Source of the DNA: Daphnia carinata
Lineage: Eukaryota
DNA length: 64,000 nucleotides
Assembly: GCF_022539665.2 (NCBI RefSeq)
Contig: NC_081332.1
Span: forward strand, 1,612,001-1,676,000
Direction of reading: 5' to 3'
The notes under the pieces are model-generated. The model made no database searches. It was not told where the DNA came from and saw nothing but the letters and a program-made list of their open reading frames with translations. Below are positions 25,835 through 38,560 of the stretch, one piece after another. Both the position numbers and the translations under genes were made by a program. Position 1 is the stretch's first letter. Each line of letters opens with the position of its first letter.

Positions 25835-28800
25835 ATGGACGGAACTGTATTGACTCGATTGTTTGCGCTCGTGCTCGCCATTCATTGCACAGGATGGATT
25901 GGAAGTTCGTCTTCTACGCGAGTGAGTCTCGTCGACAATGAATACGTCGATTTGGTGTTCGCCATCAGTGACGCAGTACCTGAGGATCAATCCGACATCA
26001 TCATTAGTAACATCAAGGTATTCACCAATCATTTAATACAGTTAATGATTGATTCATTTATTCTTTTTTTTTTTTTTTTTTAATGGCAATTAGAAAATGA
26101 TTTTAGAAGCATCTCCTGTGTTATACAAGGCGACGATTGATCGAGCCTATTTCAAACGTGTCCAAATTCTCATTCCCCAATCGTGGAAGAATGTGAATGC
26201 AACAACGAGCAGTTGGGAAACGTTCCAAGTCCGTATACAGTCATTATTCATCGTTTTGTGTGTGTGTGCGTGTGTGTTTTTATCTCGTGTGAAATCAAAT
26301 AAAGGCCTTTGTTTTGTGGTTGCCACACGGCGATTAGACAGCTGACGTCATCGTGGACGCACCCAATCCTATGCATGGAGACGTTCCATACACCCGACAG
26401 AATGGCCAATGCGGCGATCCAGGTGAAAAAATCCACTTGACTCCAAACTACGTTGCCACACTTGACGAAGATGCGAACAATTTGCAGTTCGGCAAACCAG
26501 GTATGTAAAAATGTTATAATTTGCTTTGCCTCATGAAATGTTGAGCAACGCTGATTACGCATTTCTGATCTTTATTTAAACAATAGGCAAGGTCTTCGTC
26601 CATGAATGGGCTCATTATCGCTACGGCGTTTTTGACGAATACGGGACACCTGGCGATACCGATTACCCATATTTCTATCGAACGCAAGGCGTGAAGGACC
26701 CGGTGCCCAATATGTGCAGTAATAAACCGCCTGTTTTCACAACTCGCGACATTAGTAACAATTCAACGAAGTGCAAAATCGATCCTAAAACGCAGAATTA
26801 CGACAAGAATTGCACATTCACGTTCAACAAATTTTATAAGCCGGATACATCTCTGATGTCCTATCATCAACTCGATTCGGTATTTAATTAAGCTTTGAAC
26901 TTCATTTTTAAAAAAGGGACACATTTGATTGACTAGTTGATTGGCAGGTGGTTCATTTCTGCAAGGATGACCAACAACACGCGCACAAAGTGGAAAACCC
27001 AACAAAACACAATACCATGTGCGGAGGTGTCAGCACTTGGACGGTCATTATGCGCAGCCCTGACTTTGCGAATAACAAGTAAAAATTGAATTCTTTTATA
27101 TATCAATTATTCAAATTGAACTACCGCGTGGAACTTAGAAAAACAACACGAACTTTTTCTTTCACATGGCAACCAATAGAACTAAACAAGTCGATTTGGA
27201 TCAAATGACGACAGAGTTTAACATCGTTCGGTCGAGTGGGTCGCGATTCGTCCTAGTGGCTGACGTTTCCGACAGCATGAGAATCTGCGTAAGTAGTTAT
27301 TCAAATCGAATGTGTTTATTTCTGAGATTGACAAACGTTTTTTTAGAATCGTATCGAGAAACTGGGTGAATCTGTGCGCTCCTGGATCAAATACGATCTA
27401 CCCACTGGAAGCAAACTGGGAATGATTATGTTCAGGTTCGTCTTTCGAAAGTTGTAACGCAACAAAGTTTAATGATTACAATTTTTCTTTAGTTCTATGG
27501 CTCATGTTGTCAGCGAACTGGAAACCATCACCGACATGAAATCACGTCAAGAGATGATGGAGAAAGTGCCCAATCAATTGTTTTCTGCCACTTGTATCGG
27601 ATGCGGCCTCGATCTCGCTGTCCAGGTACCGTTAACACTTAAGTGCCAAGTAATATTTGCTGTAACCTCTCTATCCGACAGATGCTTAGTAATCCGAATG
27701 ATACAGAAAAAAGCGGAATCATTCTCCTGGTTACCGATGGCAAAAATTCGCCAGGTTATCTCAGCATTGCCGACGTACAGCAGGACATTGTTCAAGCAGG
27801 CATCCGTGTCGTCAGCATCGCCTTCGGGTTCGTTCATTCCAATCAACAGTAAAAAAAATACAAGTCAATCACGCATAAATGTAACAGGAAACAAGCGGAT
27901 AAGGGCATTGAGCACCTTGCCGACATCACCGATGGCAAAAGCTATTTCATTAACGACGATGATACGAGCGAAGCCCTTCAACAGGCTTTCTTGGGCGCTT
28001 GCACGTATCAATCGAGTGTCAACAGCAGCGATTTGCAATTCAAATTGTTCGAACAAACAGTCTCTGCTGACCAATCGACAACGGACATCGATGGCGGTTT
28101 CGATGTTGATCCGACGGTCGGTCGCAATTTGAAACTGAGCATTTTCAATCTAGAGAAACTGACGAATTTGGAATCGATGGAACTGACCGCACCTGACGGT
28201 AATGTCACCAACACGATCGATTATGAAACGACCACAGCTTCGGTTACGGTAGATTTGGCGATGGTAATTAAATTGCTACTTGTTCTTTTTTGACCAAGTT
28301 AAAAATCTAATTGGTTCGTAGATCGGCAGATGGGCCCTGAACGTCAAGTTAAAGAGCTCGCAAACGAAATCGGTACAGGTCACCGTTACAACTCAACTGC
28401 ATCCGGACGTAAGCACGCCAATCACCACCAGATGTTGGGTAGCCAACGGTGTGTTAAAACGTCATTCTAATCACGTTTTATGAATCGAAATAATTTATTG
28501 GGGTTATTTTTACTGGGTTTAGGAGCTGATATTAAAGACGTCTGTACGGACCCAATTAAAATTCACGCTGAGGTGTGGAAGGGATCGTATCCAGTAACAG
28601 GAGCCACAGTCAAGTAATTTTCATAGTCAGTGTATTTTGTTTTTATGTTTAAATTCAATTTGCCAATTGAATTGGGAAGAGCTTTTTTGGTGAAACCCAA
28701 CAATGAGTCGGAAGTTTTGGAACTGCTGGACAATGGCGTCAATGCCGACACTGAGGCCGATGATGGTGTTTATTCCAAGTATTACACCAACGCCACGCAG

Positions 28801-29866
28801 AAGGGTCGGTACACGCTCAAATGTCAGGTGATCAGCAATAACGACACTGTTCAGGCTTTAGGCTTTTTTGGCTCTGCTAGCCCTCAGCTTCACGGTAAGA
28901 AGAATACTGTATCCTTTTGATATGCAAGAGATTTTGATTTACTGCCTTGTTAATGGTTTTAATATGCAGGTAATGTAATCGATGAAAACGACGAAGGAAC
29001 TCCTATGACCAGTTTTACTCGAATCGCTTCTGGTGGATCATTTCAGGTTTATTTATTTTTTTAGCTGTTCATTGAATTTTGAACCCATCACTTAATCAAT
29101 GAATTTGTTGTGATACAAGGTGGAGATTCCCGTGCAAAGTGACGACGCTTATCCACCAGGTGAAGTCAGGGATCTTTCAGTCATGTTACTTAATGAAACA
29201 GAGAAAAACATCACGATCGAATTGAAATGGACGGCTCCCGGTGACGAACTCGATGCGGGCACTGGTACATTTTTCTTATTCATTACCTTTACGTGATCGA
29301 ATCTTTATAACTGTGCTTGATATCTTGAACGCGCAGTTGCTTATTACGAACTGAAGTATTCAGACATCGCTGCCGACGTAATGAATTCAAACTTTGACGA
29401 TGAATCTTCTGTTCGCAAGAGGCGCTCCGTCATCAAAGAAGATGATCTCGTGGCCGGTTCGCTCGAGCCCATCGAAGCTGGCTCATTGCAAACGGCCATC
29501 TTCTTGCTATCCGATATTGATCAGGAACGACCTTATTACGTGACACTACGAGCAGTGGACAAAGCCGGAAAGGCTGGGCAAGTCTCCAACTTGGTTGTTT
29601 TCTTCGTGCCGGACAAATCGGCGCTGCTGATTGTGGACGATTTCGACGGAGATTTAGAAGAATCTACTGGATTTGAAACAAGGGATATCATCTACGTGAA
29701 GCAATCGGGCTCTCACGTCACCTCGTTATTGGTTGCAGCCTTTGGGCTTATTTTGATCGCCTGTCTGTGTGTGGCCTTACTGATGGCCATCGTTAAACAC
29801 ACCAGAACCTTTCCGTCCTACGCTGGTATTCCGGCTATTGAAAATCACGATTTACCTTGTATTTAG
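25835..29866 (+). CDS. CLCA: CLCA-family protein, subfamily B copy 1
   Basis: Signal peptide, HEWAHYRYGVFDEY, VLVADVSDSM, LVTDGK, LLDNGVNADTEADDGVYSKY, YPPGEVRDL, C-terminal TM. Exons join in frame. Confidence 0.92.
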
Positions 29867-30135
29867 ATACTTACGGTAAATTTAATTTATCCCTTTTCAA
29901 AGCTCCAAATATCTTTAGGTACATAGGAATTTTTCAATTTCACAAAACATCAGTGTTTCGTTACTTCAATGAACTGAGTCATAGCTGTTTAACAGTATTG
30001 CTTTACCTTGTTTATTCGTATTAAATACGTAATCTACATGCCTGCTGGGTATGTGGATAGACATATGATGAATATAAGTATGTCGTGAGTTAAAAAAAGA
30101 AACTATAATGTTGCATTCATTCACCAAGAGGCAAC

Positions 30136-30498
30136 TCAATAGCCGTATTCGCTGTAATAGCCATGTTTGTATCCAGCGCCGTAGCCTGTAGTTTCCATAC
30201 ACATGATACATTTAATAATTGAATATGTATACTTTGAAGTTAACAATTGTTTCTGTTGTAGTAAACAACGACCAAAAAAAATACCTCCATATGGATAGCC
30301 ATATCCGCCATATCCTCCATAACCACCGTGGCCATAATATAATTTGACTTTTGTCGCCATCGCCACAGCGACGATCATCAAAACAACCACAAACAAAGTG
30401 ATCTTCACAATACAGAAAAATAAAACAGGTAGAATGCATACACTACATCATAAATATGCAACAATTATAATAAAACGCACTTTGAAATTAACTGCCAT
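30136..30498 (-). CDS. Small secreted Gly/Tyr-rich peptide (GGY repeats), about 61 aa
   Basis: Three exons give MAVNFK|ITLFVVVLMIVAVAMATKVKLYYGHGGYGGYGGYGYPYGG|YGAGYKHGYYSEYGY*. TATAAAA upstream at about 30588-30582. Confidence 0.85.
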
Positions 30499-32450
30499 CG
30501 TGTGTGAAGAACTGGTACGGTCTCTTGTGCGAGTGTTGTCTTCTTAGACGGAGTTGTGTCGAACCTGTTTGAACGCTCCGGCTTTTATACCGATTCCTCG
30601 ATGGTATAAACAGAGGTAAATGAAAGAAAGTAACCGGTTAGATGAGGTATACTTAGAAACGTGCGAATCGCTACTGACGGTAGCCCTACATATACAACTG
30701 CGAAGGTTACATACTAGCTATTCAGCAATTTCAAAATGAATTGATTACAGAGGGCGCAGCTAGTTGCTGCAGTCCAATGCGGTTGTTTGTCCTTCTTTTC
30801 TATTTTACATCCATGACCTGCCCTGTACATTTTTTCTTGTGAGCAATCTCCTTGACAGTGTCGTCGCAAAGTTGTACCACGCGTGTTGCCAGGAGTTTAG
30901 TGGTACCGGTGCTCTTGAAATCTAGTGGGTGCTAGAGAACGTGAGTGAAAGGGGAATTGCCAAGACGAGAGAGTTGGCTGTAAAAATGTATCGTATGCGG
31001 GTTAGCAGGGGAATCCCTGAAAAAAAAAATGTTTAGGCTGATTCTGTAAAGGAGAACGGATGTTTAGCTCACGTGGTAATTCACGTAACACAAAGAATTG
31101 GCCACAGTAACGAGTTATTCATTTTTTTTTAACAGAGTGTTTGACTGAAACGAAAGTCCATTCATAGAATTCCATTCGCCATGGAGGCGTTTCAAGTAAA
31201 TACCTTACCCATTCCCCAAAGCAGGTGAACACCTAACCCTTCCCTAGCAGGTGCGCATTTATTTGGTTTATTTCTTACCCTACCTCGCCTTTTTCTCGAA
31301 CTGTCTCGTTAGTCTTTGTCTACAGCTCCAGCCGGACAAAGTGTAAAGGAAATACGCTTCCCATATGTCCCCTTTACTTATACTATTTCTTTTCTCCCAA
31401 ACCCGGTGTTTTTGGTGTTTCGTTTCCTCCCCGGCTTCAGTTTGCGCACCGTAAGATAGACCACGTTAACAGACTCCATCATTTCTCTACGAACCCTCAC
31501 GTTAAGCACCCTGTGCTGAGATGTTGTTTTATTTTTACCTGAGGATTGTTCGCCGTGTGATCTATGCCGACTGTTACGATGCTGTTTAGCCATCCAACAT
31601 TGCATCGGCGCCATTCCCACTGAAGGAACCGAATTAAGGCCTGTCGACGAGAGCCATAATTGCCATCATCGTTAGAAATTTAATCGCTGTAAGCTCCAGT
31701 GACCTATTTAACCGTCAGGAAGCAATAGCTGCCTTAAGGCCAACACCCACGAGCTAAACGTTATCCCGCCCGTTAGACGTATGTTATATTTTTCCTACCA
31801 TTGATGTTTGAGTTAAATGTATACGTGAGAGAATTAAGCAAACCGAAAATGGTTAAGATTGCATAACGGTGCACAAGTACTTTACCTTATCAGAAAGTTG
31901 GACAGGTGTAGAGTATGTCTGGATATGAAGCTTTTGACTAAAAGGAGGGTATCCTTGGTAACATATGTCTAAGGTAAATAACAGCCCTCTATTTGCTAGA
32001 GAGGTTGACTTAATTCTAGGGGATTATAGAATCAAGTCTGTTCGTGGTGTAGGTATCCAACGTCCAAGTGTAACATTCCATTTGGAGGTTGTAAAACAAA
32101 TTGCGTTAGAGTGGACTGTACATGTAATTTACACAAATACCCGTACGAAACGTTAAGCCCATCACTTGGGTGAGCTTAGATATGTTTAACTTTATCCGTC
32201 GCTGTACTTTTACTGCCCTAGCGGTAACGAACAGTAAAGAAACAAATAAAAACGGCAAGAGAAAATATAATCTGAATCCGTGGTAACATTTCAAATTCTA
32301 TGCCGTTCCCGTAAAAAAAAGCCCACTTTAGTGCTATATACATTTGTTTAAGATGAAGCAAAGATAAGGGACTACATTGTGGAAACGCACCCAAGAGCTA
32401 ACTAAATAAAAGAAGTCTATTTGAGTTGAAGAAGTTGCCAGTCTGAAGAA

Positions 32451-35400
32451 ATGGACTGTACTGTATTGACTCGATTGTTTGGGCTCGTGTTCGTCATTCA
32501 GTTCACAGGATGGATTGGCAGTTCGTCTTCTACACGAGTGAGTCTCGTCGACAATGGATACGTCGATTTGGTATTCGCCATCAGTGACGTAGTACCTGAG
32601 GATGAATCCGACATCATCATTGATAACATTAAGGTATTCGTCAGTGATTCAATACAGTTAATGGTTTATTTATTCCTTCTTTTTTTCAATTGGTAATTAG
32701 AAAATGATTTTAGAAGCATCACCTGTGTTATACGTTGCGACGGGTGATCGAGCCTATTTCAAACGTGTCCAAATTCTCATTCCCCAATCATGGACGAACG
32801 TGAATGCGACTGCCAGCAGTTGGGAAACGTTCGAAGTACGTATACGGTCACTATTCATCGTTTCTTGTATGTGTGTTTATCTTGTGTGAAATCAAATAAA
32901 GGCCTTTGTATTTGCCACACGGCGTTTAGACAGCTGATGTCATCGTGGACGCACCCAACCCGAAGCATGGTGACGTGCCCTACACTCGACAGAATGGCAA
33001 CTGCGGCGAACTAGGCGAAAAAATCCATTTGACACCGAATTATGTGGCCAACCTTGACCTAGAGGAAAACGATTGGCATTTTGGGAAACCAGGTATGTAA
33101 AAATGTTCCAAATTATCTTACCCGCATTCAGTATTAGAATGTTGAACAACGCTTATTATTTGGTGTTCATTTCAACAATAGGCAAAGTCTTCGTCCATGA
33201 ATGGGCTCATTATCGCTACGGCGTTTTTGACGAATACGGGGCACCGGGCAACGCCCAATTTCCAAATTTCTATCGCGTGCAAGGCGTGAAGGATCCAGTG
33301 CCCAATATATGTAGTAATAAACCACCTGTCTTTCGCGTTTATGATGTTAGAACAAATTCAACTACTTGTAAAATCGATCCTGCCACGCAGAATTACGACA
33401 AGAATTGCAGATTCGAATTGAATAAAGTTTTCAAGCCAGATACATCTCTGATGTCCTATCATCAACTCGATTCGGTATTTCATTAAACATTTCGTTTTAA
33501 TAATAGGACGCATTTGATTGACTGGTTGATTGGCAGGTGGTTCATTTCTGCAAGGATGACCAACAACACGCGCACGAAGTGGAAGCCCCAACGAAACACA
33601 ATGCCATGTGTGGAGGTGTTAGCGCTTGGACGGTCATTATGCGCAGCCCTGATTTTGCGAATAACAAGTACAAATTTAAGTCTTCCACATGCCAATGGTT
33701 GGTAAAAAAAACGACCGTTTTCTTCACGTGCGAATAAATAGAACTAGACAGGTCGATTTGGACAAAATGCCCACGGAGTTCAACATCGTTCGGTCCGTTG
33801 TATCGCGATTCGTCCTAGTGGCTGACGTTTCCGACAGCATGGGAATCTGCGTAAGTTACTTTGAGTCGTGATTTAGTCCAATTGTTTGAGTGACTCGGAT
33901 CGATTGATGTCTATAGAATCGCATTGATAAACTGGCCGAAGCTGTGCGCTCTTGGATCAGAAACGATATACCCACTGGAAGCAAACTGGGAATGATTATG
34001 TTCAGGTTCGTCCTTCTCTTCATCAATTTCAATTGAAAATTCGCAGTTAACAATGAAACGTTTGAACTTTAGTTCGATGGCTCATGTTGTGAGTGAACTG
34101 CAGACCATCACCGACTTGAAATCACGTCAAGAGATGATGAAGAAGGTGCCCAAACAATTGTTCTCTGATACTTGTATCGGCTGCGGCCTCGATCTTGCTG
34201 TCCAGGTACCCCTAACACTTAAGTATCAAACTCTTTTTGCTGTAACCTCCGTATTCGACAGATGCTTCAAAATTCGAATGATACAGAAAAAGGTGGAATC
34301 ATCCTCCTAGTTACCGACGGAAAAAATTCACCAGGCTATCTCGACATCTGCGACGTCGAGCAGGACATTATTGAGGCAGGCATCCGCGTCATCACCATCG
34401 CCATCGGGTTCATTTATTCCAATCGTCACGCAAAAAAATGTACTAACAATTAATGTAACAGGGAAGATGCGGACACGAATATTGAGCAACTTGCTGACCT
34501 CACCGATGGCAAAAGTTATTTCATTAACGACGATGATACAAGCGAAGCCCTTCAACAGGCTTTTTCTGGCGCTTACACGTACCAATCAAATGTTCACAGC
34601 AGCGATTTGAAGTTTAAATTGTACGAAGCAACAGTCGAAGCTTCTAAATTTAAGATGAACATCAATGGCAATTTCGTTGTTGATCCGACGGTCGGTCGCA
34701 ATTTGAAACTGAGCATTTTCAATCTAGAGAAACTGACGAATTTACAGTCGGTGGAACTGACCGCACCTGACGGTAATGTCATCAGCAAGCTCGACTATGA
34801 AACGACCACAGCTTCGGTCACGGCAGACTTGGCGATGGTAATAACACAAATAGAAGAATTGCTGATTGTATTTCTCAATTTAAAAATCTTACTGGTTCTT
34901 AGATCGGCAGATGGTCCTTCAACATTAAGTTAAACAGGGCGCAATCTCAATCGCTATTAGTCACTGCTACAGCCCAGATGCGTCCAAGCGTTACGGCACC
35001 AATCATGACTGAATGCTGGGTCCCCCAAGGTATGTACTGGACGTTTACGATTTGAATCATCCTTTACAAGTTTTAGTAGTTACCTGCTCTTGTTGCTTGT
35101 ATCAGCTGATTTTAAAAACGCCCGTAACAACCGAATTCGAATTCACGCCGAGGTGTGGAAGGGATCGTATCCAGTAACGGGCGCCACAGTCAAGTAAATT
35201 TTCGTCGTCTATGTATTTTTACGTTTGAATTCAATTTGCCAATTGAATTGGGAAGTGCTTTTTTGGTGAAACCCAACGATGAGTCGGAAGTTTTGCAGCT
35301 GCTGGACAATGGCGTCAACGCCGACACCGTGGCCGATGATGGCGTTTATTCCAGGTATTACACCAACGCCACTCAAAAGGGTCGATACACGGTCAAATGT

Positions 35401-36444
35401 CAGGTGGTCAGCAATAGCGCCACTGCTCAGGGTCTAGGCTTTTTTGGCTCTGCCAACCCTCAGCTTCACGGTACAAAGAACACCCCATCTATTTGATGTG
35501 CGATAGTTTTTGACTTCCTGCCTTGTTAATTATTTTAATATGCAGGTAATGTAATCGATGAAAACGACGAAGGAACTCCTCTGACCCGTTTCACTCGAAT
35601 CGCTTCTGGTGGATCATTTCAGGTTTTAAAATTTTGTCTCTTTTTCTTTTTATTCATGGATTCTATCAATTGATCGACGAATTTTTTGTGATACAAGGTA
35701 GAAATGCCCGTGCCGAGTTACGATGCTTATCCACCAGGTGAAGTCAGGGATCTTTCTGTCATGTTAGTCAATGAAACACAGACAAACATCACGATCGAAT
35801 TGAAATGGACGGCTCCCGGTGATGAACTCGATACGGGCACTGGTACATTTTTCTTATTCATTTCCTTTACGTAATCGAATCTTTATAACTGTGCTCGATA
35901 TCTTGAACGCGCAGTTGCTTATTACGAACTGAAGTATTCAGACATAGCGGCCGACGTAATGAATTCAAACTTTGATGATGAATCTTCTGTTCGCAAGAGG
36001 CGCTCTGTGATCAAAGAAGATGATCTCGTGGCCGGTTCGCTCGAGCCCATCGAAGCTGGCACATTGCAAACGGCCACCTTCTTGTTATCCGATATCGATC
36101 TGGACCGACCTTATTACGTGACACTACGGGCAGTGGACAAGGCCGGAAATGCTGGGCAAGTCTCCAACTTGGTCGCTTTCTTCGTGCCGGACAACTCGGC
36201 GTTGCTCACTGTGGACGATTTGAACGGAGGTTTAGAAGAATCTACCGGATTTGAAACAAAGGGTATCAGCTACGTGAAGCAATCGAGCGTTCACGTCACC
36301 TCGTTATTGGTTGCAGCCTTTGGGCTTATTTTGATCGCCTGTCTGTGTGTGGCCATATTGATGGCCATCGTCAAACACGCCAGAAACCCTCCATTGTACG
36401 CTGGTATTCCGGCTAGTGAAAATCGCGAATTACCATGTATTTAG
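32451..36444 (+). CDS. CLCA: CLCA-family protein, subfamily B copy 2
   Basis: HEWAHYRYGVFDEY, VADVSDSM, FnIII and TM; same exon structure as 25835-29866. Confidence 0.92.
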
Positions 36445-36716
36445 AAACCCAAGATGAATATAATTTATCCCTTTTCAAAGCTCTAAATATCTTCAGGTAC
36501 ATAGAAATTTTTCAATCTCGCAAAAGATCAGTGTTGCTTTACTTCGATGAACTGAGTCATAGCTGTATAGCAGTATTGCTTTATCATGTTTATTCGTATA
36601 AAATACGTAATCTATATGCCTGCTGGGTATGTGGATGCAGATCTACAATGATTGTAAGCGTATCATGAGTTAAAAAATAACAACTAAAACGTTGCATTCA
36701 TTTATCAAGAGGCAAT

Positions 36717-36766
36717 TCAATAGCCGTATCCGCTGTAATAGCCATGTCCGTATCCAGCGCCATATC
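36717..36766 (-). pseudogene. Orphan last exon of a Gly/Tyr-rich peptide gene
   Basis: Encodes YGAGYGHGYYSGYGY*. The sequence then jumps directly to the homolog of about 30737, so exons 1-2 and the core promoter are deleted. Confidence 0.8.
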
Positions 36767-38560
36767 CTGCAGTTTCCATGCACAATGAAATGATCAAAGA
36801 GGGCGCACCAAGTATTGGCAGGCAAGTACAGATGTTTGTCCTTCTTTTCTATTTTACATCTACGACCTGACCTTTACCTTTTCTCTTCTGAGCAACTTGT
36901 CCAGTAGTGTCATCGCCAAGGTGTACGACATGCAGTGCCAGGAGTTTAGTGGCATTGGTGCTCTTGAAATTTAGTGATTGCTAGAGAACGTGAATGAAAG
37001 GTGAATTGCCAAAACGAGAGAGTTTGCTATTGAAATGTATCGTTGTGGGTTAACGGGGGAATTCCTGAAACAGACGAACATTTTTGGTGAACAAAAACGT
37101 GAGTTAAGTGTCGATTTGTTTAGATATTACCTAGTCTCGGTTTTATGAATCATCGAACGTTTACCGATGTTCAGCTGACGAGGTAACTTTCATAAACATA
37201 ATGAATTGGTCACACTGACGAGCTCTTCGTTTTTTTTTTCGTTTTACGGACTTTGACTGAAACGATACTCCATTCTTAAATTTCCTAGAATTCCATTCGC
37301 CATTAAGGCGTTTCACGTGAATACCTTACCCCTTCCCTACAGCAGGTGAACACCTAACCCTTCCCTGACAGATGCGCATTTATTTGATCTGTTTCTTACC
37401 CTACCTTGCCTTGTTCTGGAAGTGTCTCGTTAGTCTTTGTCTACAGCTCTAGCCGGACAAAGTGTAAAGGAAATATGCCTCACATTTGTTTTCTCCCAAT
37501 CTCAGTGTTGTTGTCGTGTCGTTTCATTACTTTATCAGTTCACGCACCGTAATCCATTCCGCGTTAACAGACTTAATTGCCAATTTTTCCTTCAGGGACC
37601 CTCATGTTAGTACCCTGTGCTGAGATATTGTTTTGTTCTTACCTTAGAATTGTCGTTCGTCGTGTTATCTGTGCCGGCAGTTACGATGCCGTTTAACCAT
37701 GCAACATTGCATCGGCGCCATTCCCACTGAACGAACCGAATTAGGGCCTGTTGTCAAGAGTCATAATTGCCACCATCGTTAGAAATTTAATCGCTGAAAC
37801 CTCCAATGGCCTATTTAATCAACAGGAAGCAATAGCTGTATTAACGCCAACACCCACGAGCTAAAAGTTAGCCCGCCCATTGGACGCATGTTATATTTCT
37901 CCCTACAAAGTGTTTGAGTTTAATGTATACGTGACAAAGTCAAGCAAACCGGAAATGGTTTTACGATTACGTAACGTTGCACAAGTGTACTGGAGCTTAT
38001 AAGAAAGTTTAACAGGTGTGGATTACGTCTGGATTTGAAGCGGTTGGGTAAAAAGGTGCTATCCCTGTTTATTCCACGTCTAAGGTAAATATCAGCCATC
38101 TATTTGCTAGAGAGATTGCTTTAATTCTAGGGGATTACGGAATCAACTCTGTTCTTAACGTAATTAGTCCACGTCTACAAGTAAAACATTTCTGATTGGA
38201 AGTAGTAAAACAAGTTGCGAAATATAGGGCTGTACATGTAATTTACACAAATACCCGTACGAAACGTTAAGCTCATCGCTTGGGTAAGCTTATATGTTTA
38301 ACTTTATCCGTCGTTGTACGTTTATTGCACTAGCAGTAACCAACAGTAAAAGAACCAAATGAAAAAAGCATTAAAAAAAATTATAAAATCCTTGATAAAA
38401 TTTCAATCCTATGCCGCTTCCGTAAATATAGCTCAAACTAGTGTTATATTCATTCGTTTAAGATGAAGCCAAGATAAGGGACTACATTGTCGCAATGCAA
38501 ACGAGAGCTAACTGAATAAAAGAAGCCTATTCGAATTGAAGAAGTTGTCAGTCTGAAGAA

